Positions 23,918 to 36,619 are shown, counted from the first letter of the whole stretch. The stretch: DNA of 63,350 bases, filler included, from Octopus bimaculoides (GCF_001194135.2; 6 parts of 6 records of this genome joined end to end with filler, not necessarily neighbours in it), one strand, 5' to 3'. The notes: generated from the sequence alone by a model not told the origin. Translations and numbers: made by a program.

Positions 23918-24873
23918 ATTAAGATGGAGCTTGGACTCTCGAAATGTGCTACGCTGGTGATGAGACGAGGAAAGCTTGCCAGAACAGAAGGCATATGGTT
24001 GCCAAGTGATGAAATGATGAAGGCAATTCAACCGCAATCCAGCTATAAATACTTGGGAATACTTGAGACAGATGGAATCAAACACCACGACATGAAGGAA
24101 AAGACAAAAAGAGTGTACCTGCGGTAAGTGAGGAGAATATTGGTTTCAAAGCTGAATGCCAGAAACACAATTTCGCCAATTAACTTGCACGCAGTCGCAG
24201 TAATTACGTACGGCACTGGAATCCTAACGTGGACAGAGGAGGAACTAAAGGAGAGGGACAGAGAGACAAGAAAGCTCCTAACGATGCATGGAGCCCATTG
24301 CGTATGTGCAGACACTGATCGCCTGTACGTAAACGGAGCAAATGGAGGAAGGGGACTGATAAGTGGGGAAGACTGCGCGCGTATCGAACTCGGGAGTCTA
24401 ATGAGATACCTAGCCCAAAGTAAGGAAACCTTGCTAGTGACAGTTAGGAACGATGGAGTATTGAGAGCTGAGAAAAAACGGGTAGCAAAGGAAGAAGTAA
24501 AAAAAGGACATGAGGAAGAATTACGCAAGAAGGGACTACACAATCGATTCCATGTAGCCACAACAGAAGTTGTTGGAAAAAATAGGTGGGATTGGCTGAT
24601 TAAAGAAACCCTAAAAAAGAGACCGAGCGCACTATACTGGCAGCGTAGGACCAAGCTCTGGCCATGAACTGGCGGGGCAACCTAAGGAAAAGGAATGAGC
24701 AAGTGTCTCTGTTGTACCGCATCTGCTATAGAGCGGATGAAACCGCTGCCATATCACGAACGAATGCCCTAGACTTGCCTAGAACCACTACAAGGTATGG
24801 CGACACAACCAAGTAGCGAAAGTGCTACATTGAGAACTGTGAAAAGTGAGGACTAGAGAGAGGCAAGGAGTGG
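23915..24873 (+). mobile_element. R4/Dong-like non-LTR retrotransposon (RLE class), RT C-terminus to CCHC region
   Basis: DIKMELGLSKCA..SYKYLGILE..KLNARNTI..AVAVITYG.GIL.WT..DRETRKLLTMHG..DRLYV...GGRGL, then after frameshifts ETERTILAA*DQAL and a degenerate zinc-knuckle region with RHNQVAK. It has an in-frame stop at 24125-24127. Confidence 0.85.
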
Positions 24874-25215
24874 CAGCCGTTTGAAGCAAAATGTTCAGCA
24901 AGTTCTGTCGAATTACAGTTATTGTGCCTGACGTCATATCTATGCCCACTAAATTTTTTGTTTAATTGTTCAGTTGTACAACCAACATGAATCAAATTGT
25001 GTTTCGTGCATTCTGCTGCGTACACCAAATAGAAATCTCTACATGTCCCACGTTCTGTATGAAGCGTAACATTTCAGTTATGATTCCCGATGGAATTCAC
25101 TTGACTCATATTGTTGCATAATGAACAGGGCTTACCTCTCTTGCGGCTGTGTTTCAAGGTACAACGTGCAGATACTCCAATGTTCGTTTTCTAGGAGTCA
25201 GAAATAGAAGTCAAT
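24873..25215 (-). mobile_element. Inverted copy of the Penelope zinc-linker/GIY-YIG region
   Basis: Reverse complement aligns to 26873-27201 with about 29 mismatches plus one 14-nt indel by hand count; encodes ..CSLCNNMSQVNSIGNHN*NVTLHTERGTCRDFYLVYAAECTKHNLIHVGCT.. Confidence 0.9.
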
Positions 25216-27646
25216 TTCGACAAGACTAAACTAGCTCAAGGGCTATTTCAGTTTTTCCGCCGTCACAAACTGAAGGAATATTATTTTGAAAAAACTGGTA
25301 ACGAGGAGTCAGAAAACCCTATGATTACTAAAAATGAAAAGGATCAAATCTGGTATAATTGGATTGAAAAGAATCCCAATTGGTATCCAGATGAGAGTTC
25401 GGGATGGATGCTCACAAGCACTACTGGAATATCTTAAATCTTGTAAGACAGGCATTAGAAAAAGCCTTAAAACAAGTGGAAAGAAGTGCTTGAAAACCCT
25501 CTCAAATTCCCAACGTTATGCACTACGACGTATAGCTAATAACGATTCTATTGCTTTAAAATGGCGGATAAGAGAGGCGCTATTGTAATTATGGACAAAA
25601 AGTGAATATATTTCGGCTTGTAAAAAAGTTTTAAATAACAAAACTTCATATGAAGAATTACCTGTCGATCCAAACCCCAATTATAGAGAGGAACTTGATA
25701 AAATAATTCTGGAAATGGAGGAAACAATTTCATTAGTAAGGCCAAATTCAAGATTTTACGGTCAGAAAGAAGAACACCTGCATTTTATGGTCTCCCTAAA
25801 ATACACAAAAAGTTCGAAAGATTTCCTCCAATGCGCCCAATTTGCAGCGGATATAAATGTTCTACGGCCACGATTTCGGAATGGCTGGATGGCTTTCTAC
25901 TCCCTGCCGCAAAAATATCAAGTTCCTATATTCGGGATACCTTTGATTTTGTATCTAAATTCAACAATGTTATATCGCAATACTGACCACGATGAAGGGG
26001 TAGAAGCATGCATGGGTGCCTTTGAAAAGTGGTCAAACAAAAATATTCCACAAATTCTCTTTGTAGATTATTGAGATTTGTGTTACAAAGTAACACAATG
26101 ATATTTGGACAAAGATGTTTCCACCAGACGAGGGGCTGCACTATGGGTACTCCTATGGCAATTAATTTCACTAAAGTCTTCATGACAAAATTGGGATACA
26201 CTGAAGACATTCAAATCCCTTCATGGTCATGAACCAATACTTTGGTTACGGTTCAATGATGATGTCTTTTTGTCTGGGGAAGATCACAGGATAGTTTAAT
26301 TGACTTCTTGCATTTCTGTGACTGTTATGCTAATAGCTATGGCTTTATGTCCAATATAAAATTTACGTCTAGTTTTTCAAAAACCATCGTTGACTTTTTG
26401 GACACAAAAGTAAAATTTTCTGGAGGCAGGATAGTGACAGAGTTATTTTGCAAGCCCACATCATCCCCCATTTATCGTCACCGTCGCTCCGATCATCCAC
26501 ATCACATTATTCGGAGAAATCCGAAATCGCAATTTTTGAGGATAAAACAGATTTGTACTGACATACTGGATTACTGGAAACATGCAAATACTTTTGTACA
26601 CCATAATCTCAAAAGCGATTACAGTGAATCACGATTAAAAGAAATATCTAAGATAGGCAAAGATAGTCAAACCATCACGCATGATTCTAGCAAGCACAAT
26701 ACAATAAATACAGAATTCCTTTAGTGACTAACTGGCACCGAAATTTCGCAGGCATTTCAAAAGTGTTGCATGAAAGTTATCAGCATGTGGCGAAAAAATA
26801 CCCGCGTTTCAAACAGATATTTCTTCAGCCGCCTATTGTGGTCTTTAGACGGAAAAAGGATATAAGAGAATTATTGACCTCTATTTCTGACTCCAAGAAA
26901 ACGAACATTGGAGTATCTGCACACTGTACCTTGAAAAGCAGCCGCAATAGAGGTAAGCCCTGTTCATTGTGCAACAACCTGAGTCAGGAATCATAACATA
27001 AATGTTACGATTTATACAGAACGTGGGACATGTAGAGATTCCTATTTGGTGTATGCGGCAGAATGCACGAAACACAACTTGATTTATGTTGGTTGTACAA
27101 CAGAACAATTAAACAAAAGATTTAATGGGCACAGATATGACGTCAGGCACAATAACAGTACTGCGACAGAACTTGCTGAACATTTAGCTTCAGGCGGCTG
27201 CAATTTTGAAAAAGACTTGAAAGTGCATATTCTCAGAAAATATTCTGAATCTGCTTCACTTTCATTTCTAAAAATGCATGAAGAGATATATGTTTGCGGG
27301 TTATTGACTTCACACCCTAAAGGAATGAATAAAATGTCAAGAGAATATTATCGAATATATACAAAACTGTTTGATTGAATATTCTTTTTTTTCTTTTCTT
27401 TTTTCTTTCCTCTTTCTTTCTGTCTCTTTTGTTTCTGTCTTTTTCTTTTCGCCTGAAATTTATAAACTGGGGATGTCATTCCATCATCGTGTTGACGCTG
27501 GTTTCTCTCATTCATACTTTAAATTTAAATTTCAATTATTTTGAATTCTTATCACTTCTTATTTTGAACTCGACAAAGACCGGCTTGCTGTCAAAATATC
27601 GTTCAACCAATAAAATATAGATTACAATCTAATCGTGCTCTTCGTC

Positions 27647-27647
<1 letters not shown>
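25216..27647 (+). mobile_element. Penelope-like element, 5'-truncated, frameshifted (RT + GIY-YIG endonuclease)
   Basis: N-terminal FQFFRRHKLKEYYF; RT motifs FHQTRGCTMGTPMA.NF..VFM and LWLRFNDD; thumb region VDFLDTKV..LFCKPT..H.RS.HP.H; CSLC linker; VYAAEC..IYVGCT..LNKRFNGHR GIY-YIG; pyrimidine-rich 3' UTR ending at (TAA)n. Confidence 0.92.
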
Positions 27648-27725
<78 letters not shown>

Positions 27726-27765
27726 TAATAATAATAATAATAATAATAACAACAATAATAATAAT
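27648..27765. repeat. (TAA)n microsatellite
   Basis: Directly visible. Confidence 0.95.
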
Positions 27766-27829
27766 TATCTTAACCAAAAGGGCTTACATCAGACATCATA
27801 AAATAACATGACACAACATAAAAGACAAC

Positions 27830-28184
27830 ACAAGACGAGACGAAGTAATGACACAAGAGTCAGTACATACAGGAGGGGGGCGAACGGGCACTCTTAACGG
27901 ACCGAGCGCAAGATGCTGAATGGTTATGATAGGTGACCATTCATCCGAACAGCCGAGCAGATGCCACTGTACGAAACAGTGACCCAACCGTGGTAAACCT
28001 GACCGAACCCGGCTGCCTTGAGAACAGCTGCCAAGTATCGATGGTCGACCCTATCGATGGCTTTAGATTCATCTAAATTGAACAGAACCCCACCCATTCC
28101 AACTTCGTTACTCACCCTTTCTATGATGTAGCGCATGAGGTGGAGGTTGTCGCAAATAGCTCTGGTCGGGATGGCGCATGTTTT
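27830..28184 (-). mobile_element. L1/Tx1-clade LINE RT fragment
   Basis: KTCAIPTRAICDNLHLMRYIIERV..LDESKAIDRVDHRYLAAVLKAAGFG..NGHLS, then EPFSILRSVR*ECPFAPLLYVLTL, a degenerate QGCPLSP motif. Confidence 0.85.
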
Positions 28185-29299
28185 ATAAGCCATAATAACT
28201 AGAAAATATGTAAAATATGCCATTGGCAAGTGGCAAACAATACTGCAAATATAGAGAAAAGAGTGAATTTAAAGAATGAAGTGCTTCTGTATTGGGAGAA
28301 GTGATAACCAGGTACTGCCTTTTTCCATTCTCTTTCTCTACGGTGCTAATAATCTTATCCAGCGTGTTAATCAAGAACTGAATAAATGCTATGGTAGGAC
28401 AATCAACAGTGTTTTTAACATCTGCATCGTACAACTTGGTGGTAGCGAATAAGCTCAATTTGCATACTGCAAATGATAAACAATTAGAAATACGGACTGG
28501 AGACATTGATAAGTAATTCTTTCAGAAATGGCATTGAAGTAACCGTGAAAATAGAAAAATTAAGAACATTAATGCCATGCTTCAACAATAAATTGGGGTA
28601 ATTACCCCTAATACGAAAATAGATAATTTAGAAATAGTAAACTAGAAAGTCTATGACATGTACAAATAATTTAACAGATAAATAAGGACTAATAAGGACT
28701 CTATATTATAACACGTAAAGCAGAGCTAGATCTACCGGTTAAGTAACAGATATTCGTACTCTAACTGCCCCTGAAATAACAATTCGTTAGTATATTCCCC
28801 ACTAGGTGAAAAGTAAACTAGCCAGGCTATATAGAAAAGCAAGAAATAACTGCATTGAGAATTATTTGGCAAAAATATTTGGCTTACCAGCCGTACAGTC
28901 AGTAGAGACTTTATGGAACTGGAAATGTATTATAAACTCTCTGCTGTAGGATTAAAGTGATTCTGGTAAAGAAAATGCCAAACAAGTTCAAACAGCTGCT
29001 ACAAATCACAAATAAAACCAAATCTATTTACAAAGAAACCAACAACTACAAAGGAGAGGCCGAAATCACAGATAATTATGAAGATAAGAAAAAGAAAAGT
29101 AACAAGGGCCACTTGGCTTATTCCTATAGATAGAAGGCAATCCGGCCTTCCGTTTAGTTGTAAGTGTTTCTATTTTAAATTTTGTAAATCCCTTCGTTTT
29201 TTGTTCTGTCAAGATATTTTCTTTCTAGTTTGCCGTTTCTTGTGTTGTTTTAGAATCTGTATATGTTAATATGTTATATGTTGCTTTTATGTACTCGTT

Positions 29300-30750
29300 C
29301 TGTGAAATGCTTGTGCGTTGTTCAATAATTCTTTGTTGTTTCTATCTATGGCGGTGTAGCTTATGATGTCTGCGGGCGCTATTCTTGTCGTTTGTTTAAG
29401 GGTAAATTGAACTGCGTTGATTGACAGGAGAGTTGTTGCTTGTACTGTATTCTCTCATCAAATCTTCTAGCTATGTGTGAGCACATATTTCTTTCGTCAT
29501 ATTTTCTTTTTCTTTCTCTTCTTATGGGTATATTCGTTCTGTTTTTCATCTTTCTTGCCCTCACTGTTGGACATATTTAAGTGATCTGAAAGGAGAGTGG
29601 TATTTCTTTTAATATTGTGCTGGGGTTGGCAGATTTTGTTGCTAATGGTGGCAATGTTGCCTCTGTTGTTGCTGCCTTGATGTTTCTATTTCTATTTTGG
29701 TTAGTGCTACTGTTTCTAATGCTGTTGTTGCTCTTGCTCTTGCTGCTGCTGCTGGTTTTACTTTTGCAATTGTTGTTGTTGTTGTTGTTGTGGATGCTTG
29801 TTGGCGTTGTTGCTGTTGTGGCATTAACGATGGCAGCTGTAAGGGATTTTTTATCCTCCCCTTTCTTATAAGCAAAAAGCTTTCAAATGGTTTGTCTCAC
29901 CTTATAAGTGACACCTTGGTTTCCTGCCTTCGTCCGCCACGAACAGTTGCAAATCACTTCGCAGATTTATCAGGTCTGATATGGCTTCCATACTACCTGC
30001 ATCTGTTCAGATCTATTGCTTCATTCTTGTGCCCAACCAATTTTCTTTTCCGAACTGTGTTTGACATTTTTTTCCTTTGATATACAAAACGGCCACTGCT
30101 AGCCAGTTGCAATTTTTTTTTAAGTGGCAGGTTTATAACTTCCTAACCAAGCTCGATCAGTATGAGAGCCAGGTTATCTCTTTTCAAGGGTGTTACATAA
30201 CGCTTCCTTACCTCCCCTTTGGTCGAAAATCTCACCTCTTCTCTGCTGAACCTTCTTTCCCGAGCGAATTAGGTGGATACACTTTGCACTTAGGTTTTGT
30301 GTAACTCGCTCTATCTTTCTATATTTCTGTCCTATACACCTAAATATAATACTTTTTTGTGTTCCCTCCTGGACTTCTAGCGGTATGCGATCCAATGTTG
30401 GTTCAGGAAAATTTTGACATTTTTCAAATCATCCGGTGATAGAGAAACTTAATCTTGCTTTCGGACCGCGTTAACAAAATTGTTAACAGTGGGTTTGCTA
30501 GCCGCGGTATTGGCGTTATTAATGATGTTAGTGTTATGGTTCGTAATGGTGCTACTCATACCATCCATTCTTTCATTTTTGTTGCCATTCTTGCTTCTTT
30601 TGCCTCTACAGCTTGCAACGGTACGGATGACGGTAATATTTTGACTATAGATACAGATGGAAACATAAAAACTGTTGTTCCAAATATAAACCTCCTGTCG
30701 GTAACTGTTCAACATTTTCTAAAGCACATTATTTATTTTCCATTAGGTAA
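29300..30750 (-). mobile_element. Probable decayed LINE ORF1-like sequence
   Basis: Minus-strand coding-like stretches broken by stops, with Asn/Thr/Ala low-complexity leaders; lies among L1/Tx1 fragments. No diagnostic motif confirmed. Confidence 0.3.
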
Positions 30751-30934
30751 CTTCCAGAAAAATTAACAAATCTTGTTCCAAAGAGCAAACAAAAGCGAAC
30801 CTGATGATTTCCTAAAGCTCTTTCTCAGATTAGTGGTACGCATTTAAAACACAATTAAAACATACAAAACTTAGAAGAAATATGAAAAGACCTTGCTGAC
30901 AGAATATTAATAAAAATAATGATAATAAGAGTAA

Positions 30935-31150
30935 TCCTTTCTTCTATAGAAACAAGGCCTGAAACTATGGGGTAGGGGAGCAGTCGATTACATCAACCCG
31001 TGTTTCGTTGGTACATAACTTATTGACCCCGAAAAAATGAAGAGCAACGTTGATCTCGGTGGTATTTGAACTCAGAGCGTAAAGATCGACAAAATACCGC
31101 TAAGCATTTCGCCCGGCGTTGCAACGATTCTGCCAGCTCACCGACTTAAT
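30935..31150 (-). mobile_element. SINE family B
   Basis: Family core and head in reverse complement. Confidence 0.8.
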
Positions 31151-31237
31151 AATAATAATGATTAATAATCCTTTCTACTGAAAGCACTAGGCCTCAAATT
31201 TAGGGAAATGATTAACTCGATTACATCGATCCCAATG

Positions 31238-31562
31238 CGTAAGAAGGTGAAGATAGGGTCAATTATTGTTGAGTCGTTGGGTACAGTATCAGAAGGCGTC
31301 AAGAGGAATATAAAGGAAATCGGAATAGAGTGCCCGGTAGAACTATCACAAAAGGCTTGCATCCTTGGCGCGGCCAGAATAATCAGGAAAGTATCAGACA
31401 ACTGAAAAGACCGAATAGTATGGTACCGTAGGCTGAAGTAGTAAGCCCGCTACGCATGCAAGATTCCAGGAGCTCCAACAAAACCTGTGATAAAGAGAGA
31501 AGAAGAAGAAGAAGAAGAAGAAGAAGAAGAAGAAGAAGAAGAAGAAGAAGAAGAAGAAGAAG

Positions 31563-31592
<30 letters not shown>
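31238..31592 (+). mobile_element. R4/Dong-like element extreme 3' end with (GAA)n tail
   Basis: KKVKIGSIIVESLGTVSEGVKRNIKEIGIECPVELSQKACILGAARIIRKVSDN* fits the RLE C-terminus (GALG.V..LQKACLLGTARILRKVL); followed by a short UTR and about 32 GAA. Confidence 0.8.
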
Positions 31593-31594
<2 letters not shown>

Positions 31595-31604
31595 GAGGAG
31601 AATG

Positions 31605-31808
31605 GTTTCAAATTTTGATGTAAGGGAAGCTTTTGAGCGGGGAGTAGTCCATTACATTGACTCCGTTATTCAACTGGTACTTAATTCATCAACCCCCGAA
31701 AGGATGAAAGACAAAGTCACCCGCAGCAGAATTTGAACTCAGAATGTGAAGACGGACGAAATACCGCAAAGCATTTCGCCCGACGTTCTAACGATTCTGC
31801 CAGCTGCA
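31605..31808 (-). mobile_element. SINE family B
   Basis: Family core in reverse complement. Confidence 0.8.
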
Positions 31809-32625
31809 ACCACGACAACAATAAATGTCTGTGTCACAATCAACACTAATTCTTGTGAATAAACAGCGTATAACAATAATCTAGACAATATTAGCGATGT
31901 AAATAAAAGTACAATAACACAAGAAGCTATCACGTTTGACAAGTGTGCAATTCGGTTGTCATTCAACAACTGTTCGAAGAAGGATTTACGATAAGCTAAG
32001 ACGGAATAAGCAGGATTATATATTTTTTTTATCGAATAATTTTGAGTATATAAGAATGTAGATATTAGAAGTGTTGGTAACAGAATGCTCACAAACTGAA
32101 AAGTGAAAGGTACGTCTGATTCGTAATAAAATAAGCTAATGAACTAAGCATGCATAATCCGTAGAAAAGAGTAGCTAATAGCAATTGTTAATCGTGTCTA
32201 TAGAGAACAAAAACAAGGAAGTAATGATGGGTGACGAAGAAACAGCTAATGAAAATATTGTATACAGGAAACGCTAACTGAAAAAGGATTGAACTACTTT
32301 GATAGAAATTAAATTGTCATGAAAGTAGTACATAGATACCATATAAGCAGGGATGATGTGATTGACATTACAAAAACATTCGATGGAGACATGCAAATGA
32401 TACGCCATTAAACATTAGTTTTACCTGAAGACTAACAAGATGCAAAACGAAATGATTTAACACTATTAAAAGAAACTTTAAATGATCCAGAAAACAGGTA
32501 AACTCCTAAAATATAAAACACAAGGTACTGTTGTATTGGAGAATGTTACTACAGAAAACGTTTCTAACGTCCGTAATTTAATGTGCTGCTGCGGAAAATG
32601 TCGGTGAAAGACTGAGTGTAAAATA

Positions 32626-32759
32626 CAGGGGGTGTATGAAAGGTTTTGAGCCTTGAAGTCTTGTACCTTCATCAGAAGTCTTGTACCTTCATCAGAAGTC
32701 TTGTACCGTGTTTTTTTTTGTTTTTTTTTTTCGTTTCAAGACTTTTCATACACTTCTCG
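32626..32759. mobile_element. Tc1/mariner-derived MITE (134 bp)
   Basis: Flanked by TA on both sides; terminal inverted repeats CAGGGGGTGTATGAAAGGTTTTGA vs CGAGAAGTGTATGAAAAGTCTTGA (18/24); internal 20-bp repeat x2.6. Confidence 0.7.
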
Positions 32760-32889
32760 TATGCAGAGAAGAAAGAGATCTGATGTAAAAAAAAGTGAGA
32801 GAGAATTACAGTATATATGAGAAATGGTTTATTTCGGTGATAGACCAGATCAAGCATAGAGCAAGTTTAAAATTAACCGAAATGCTATA

Positions 32890-33385
32890 TCAAGAGAACA
32901 AAATCAATTTGAGCATAACAGGCTTTCGGGATCAAATCAAATATAGTTTTTTCCGTAATATTTAATATTTAATGCACTGAGTTCGTTAACAGTAAATCTG
33001 AAGGAAGAAGCGGGGTGGTTAACAAAATTTAGGCTCATTCGGTTCTACATAATGATAATACAGACTAGATCAAGCAATTAAAACGGAACTTAGCAATACA
33101 GAGAAACAAGCACCAATTTCTACAACTAGGGATAATGTTGTGCAGCTTGTAAAGATGCTATCAAACTGAAAATCCCGTTGACCAGAGAAGTTCCAAAACT
33201 TTTAGATAAAGCATATGAAATTATTATACAGCCAAATCAAGAATCATCTCAACGAATGTTTGACACAATGAAATATACTGGAGAGGATAACAGAGGGAAG
33301 AACAACGTTGGCAACGAAAGATCCAATGAAGGGGAAAGCAGGAGGAAAGTATCGACTAATCAGCTATCGCCTTCTGTCTTGGAAG
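32890..33385 (+). mobile_element. R4/Dong-like ORF N-terminal/pre-RT fragment
   Basis: REQNQFEHNRLSGSNQ..HNDNTD*IK..KMLSN*KSR*PEKFQNF*IKHM..HLNECL..ITEGRTTLATKDPMKGKAGGKYRLIS..SWK corresponds to NWKAPG.D..Q.FWIK..GRT.LI.KD..KG....NYRPI.CL..MWK. Confidence 0.7.
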
Positions 33386-34290
33386 TTATCAAATGCCAAC
33401 TTTTTCCGAAAATAAGTGCTGGAGTTAATTCATTCGACTACAAAAATCTTCAAGGCGGTGCCCCAGCATGACCGCAGTCTGATTACTGAAACGAGTAAAA
33501 GAAGATAAAAGAAGATACCAAAGTAGGATAATTAATGGGAGGGAGAGAAAGGGAGAAAACTTTGATTTTTGGCACCATGTCGCTTGTAAAACAATTGGGA
33601 TACAACTCATTTAACTGCTTTTAAATATCAAATGAATACATTAAGTCAACTAATCCATTCTAAACTTCTTTATTGACACCATAATTTCCGAAAACTTTCA
33701 TTTTGACCTTCTTGCAAATAAAGCATGAATTCTTTAAAAGGTAATTTGTTGTCATTATCCATGCCCTTTTTCTTTACTTTTCTTTTCATTTTCTCCCTAT
33801 CAAACTTTACTCAAATGTTGCTATTCAGAATACATATAAATTCTGAAATATTCTATGTTATATATGATATATATTAGAATTAAAACGGCAAACAAATCCC
33901 CAATTTGTTTATACTGTTTTATATAGCTTATCCTACCAGCCACTATAAGAAACACTATTTTGCTTCTTAAACGATTACTCTATGTTCTAGTTAGATTCTC
34001 ACTCGCATCTCCTGATATGCTTTACAATAATCTATTCTAGCTTATCGCAGTTTAAAGCGACCTTGCTCTTAATTCTAATTGCTGTTTAACTTTTCCTGTT
34101 TCAAACACATAATGGTGATAAAAGTTAATGTGTATACTAACATTGTTTTCTGTACAATCGAGCCCTGAAACTCTTTACGGTGATCAAACCTAGCACAATA
34201 TCGTTAATGTTCAAATTTCTTCGAAATATGCCATATTTAACCACTTACTAAACGTTAAGCATATTTTGATTGGCAAACTTTTCCTTCTTC

Positions 34291-34338
<48 letters not shown>

Positions 34339-34834
34339 TACTCTCAATTTAACTTCAGTCTCTTTCCCAACCTTCTTTTCCCCATAAGTACAGCAATTGA
34401 TTTCCACCTCAATAATTCTCATTTTCTGTTCCCATAGCAACACGCTACTGTCATCTACACCAGTATATGACATGTTTTAATATTTTCATGAAGCAATCCT
34501 CTCCCGATATCATAGCTTTGTGAAAAAATAAAAGGGTATAGTTAAATTTTGACTTGCAATATAAATGAATTCTGCGTGAATTAGCCTCATTCAAATTTTC
34601 TGCTTGAAAACGTTTGCTTTCCGAAGTTGTACACCTTCATCAGTGACAAGAAGTATAAGGCTAGTAGATATACACAGCCAGTAGCGAATGAACGAATTGA
34701 ATAACAGACTGATGTTAAAACTAACTTCCAAAGACAAAGTACCACAAAGAAATCAACATAGATACATGCACAGATAGATAGACAGACAGACAGACAGACA
34801 GGCAGACAGACACACAGACAGACAGACAGACAGG

Positions 34835-34879
<45 letters not shown>

Positions 34880-36619
34880 GCGCCTGTACATGTATGTATA
34901 TGTGCATGTATGTATATGTGCATGTATGTATATGTGCATGTATGTGTGTATATGCATACCTATGTAATACGATGTCGAAAGACGTAAGTCAGTAGATACA
35001 TACATTAAAGGCTCAGGTCGCATTAGTGCCTAAACTCTAGCTTTAAATGCAGGGTTGTGGTAGCTCCCTAAACAAAAATTAAATATTGGTAATGTACCGA
35101 TCGAGCTGGTATGTGTATTACAGAATAAAAACTTTGGCAGGTAGGCAACAGATATCAAACCAGATTAACATATTTTTGTTAATACATGTAAGTTCTTAGT
35201 AGTTGCAATGTGAACAGGCAGCCCCCATGACAAGGTAGAAACAGCTGTAAAGAACTAACCAAATGCCTTTTTTTCTCTATCATTTCCGACGTTTCTATTT
35301 TGTGACAACTTTCATCTACCAACCAAACTATGTTATATAAATACTTTGGCTAACTGTTTACGTCGTAACTGTTAATAATCTTTCCATAGCCGAAACTTTT
35401 ACTAGCCTCTTACTATATATACTCCTTTATACATTTGTCCCTTTCCGTATGCTGTAAAATTGTAATCTCATAATCTTACTTAAAATCAGTCGTCTACCTT
35501 TATGTACTATTGTTATGTATGTGTCTCTATTGATGCTTGCTGATCTTGCTGTTGTTAATACCCTTTTCAAGAACTTGGTTGATGGTATTGCTTTTCTTTG
35601 CACTTTGTATTTTTTGTGTCTCTCTTTCTCGCAATTAAATTATCACAGCACCAATTGTATCTCGTTTGGGCAGTTGCTCTATTACACTCAAAAGCTGTAC
35701 GCCAAGGTGCCTCTCTCTCTCCTTAAACCTACACATCATGTCGTATGTCTCATTTGTACAAATGTGTTGGTGTGACGTCACGCACCACACGCACCAAGAA
35801 GGAGACAGAGAAATGGTCTAGTCTCCGTAGATCTGCTAACGTGATCTTCCTCCTAAGAAGGTCCAATTTAAACCAGCCTCTCTAGGCTACTAGCTCCACG
35901 GCTCTTGAGATTCTTTCTTCCATTCTGTCAAAAATGTGTTTTAGTTTCCCTTGGTATCAGCCATTCCCAATCGATGGAGACGAGAAGATCTGAGTCACTG
36001 CCGTCCTATTCATTTTATTCGATTGATGATGCGCAGCTTTCGCGTGCGATCAGCTGGTGCAACTGAAGTGACAGTTGCTCCTTTACGCTTTGATTTTGTA
36101 GTGACGCCTGTTTATATGCAACAATGGTTTTCACAGAATTTTTCATTTCCTATATGGATGTTCTGACTCAGAGTAATCACTCTTAAATTATCTTAGAGCA
36201 CGCTCATTCACCATCCCAAGTAATTCTGTCCTAATACTTTATTGCTAGTTAGTTACTGACCCTATGCTGGTATCCTCTATCATTTGACAGAAATCGTGGA
36301 TTACTTTCTTGGCAAAGAATGCAGCATAAAATTTTTGTTTCCCAAATACTTTGCAATAATTGTGATTGCCCACGCATTTAAGGGCTATTGATTAAGCATC
36401 GTTGTTCCGTATCACACAACAGATAAACTGATAAACTGTTTAATTTGGACGTTTTGAGCGTGAAATTCAATAAGTATTTCGAAAAAATTTATACAATATC
36501 TTTGCTCGATGCGTTTGGTCATCTTGCTTAAAGACGAAAATCCGACGAGCGCCTAATACACGTCTCTATTCTAGGTATAACAGACGAGAATTGATACAAC
36601 CTACCGGCGTGAAAATTTT

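Noticed and set aside
28883-28910. Minus-strand CTGTACGGCTG|GTAAGC resembling the LYG end of TAK1 exon 3
   Set aside because: An in-frame TGA immediately precedes LYG, and there is no HPNIV motif.
32640-32710. Tandem CTGATGA hammerhead-like cores on the minus strand
   Set aside because: No correctly placed GAAA with a stem II; better explained as the internal repeat of a TA-flanked MITE.
35124-35187. Plus-strand AG..GTAAGT segment as a possible LRR exon partnering 42041-42110
   Set aside because: 64 nt, and its open frame (IKTLAGRQQISNQINIFLLIH) lacks the LxxLxLxxN pattern.
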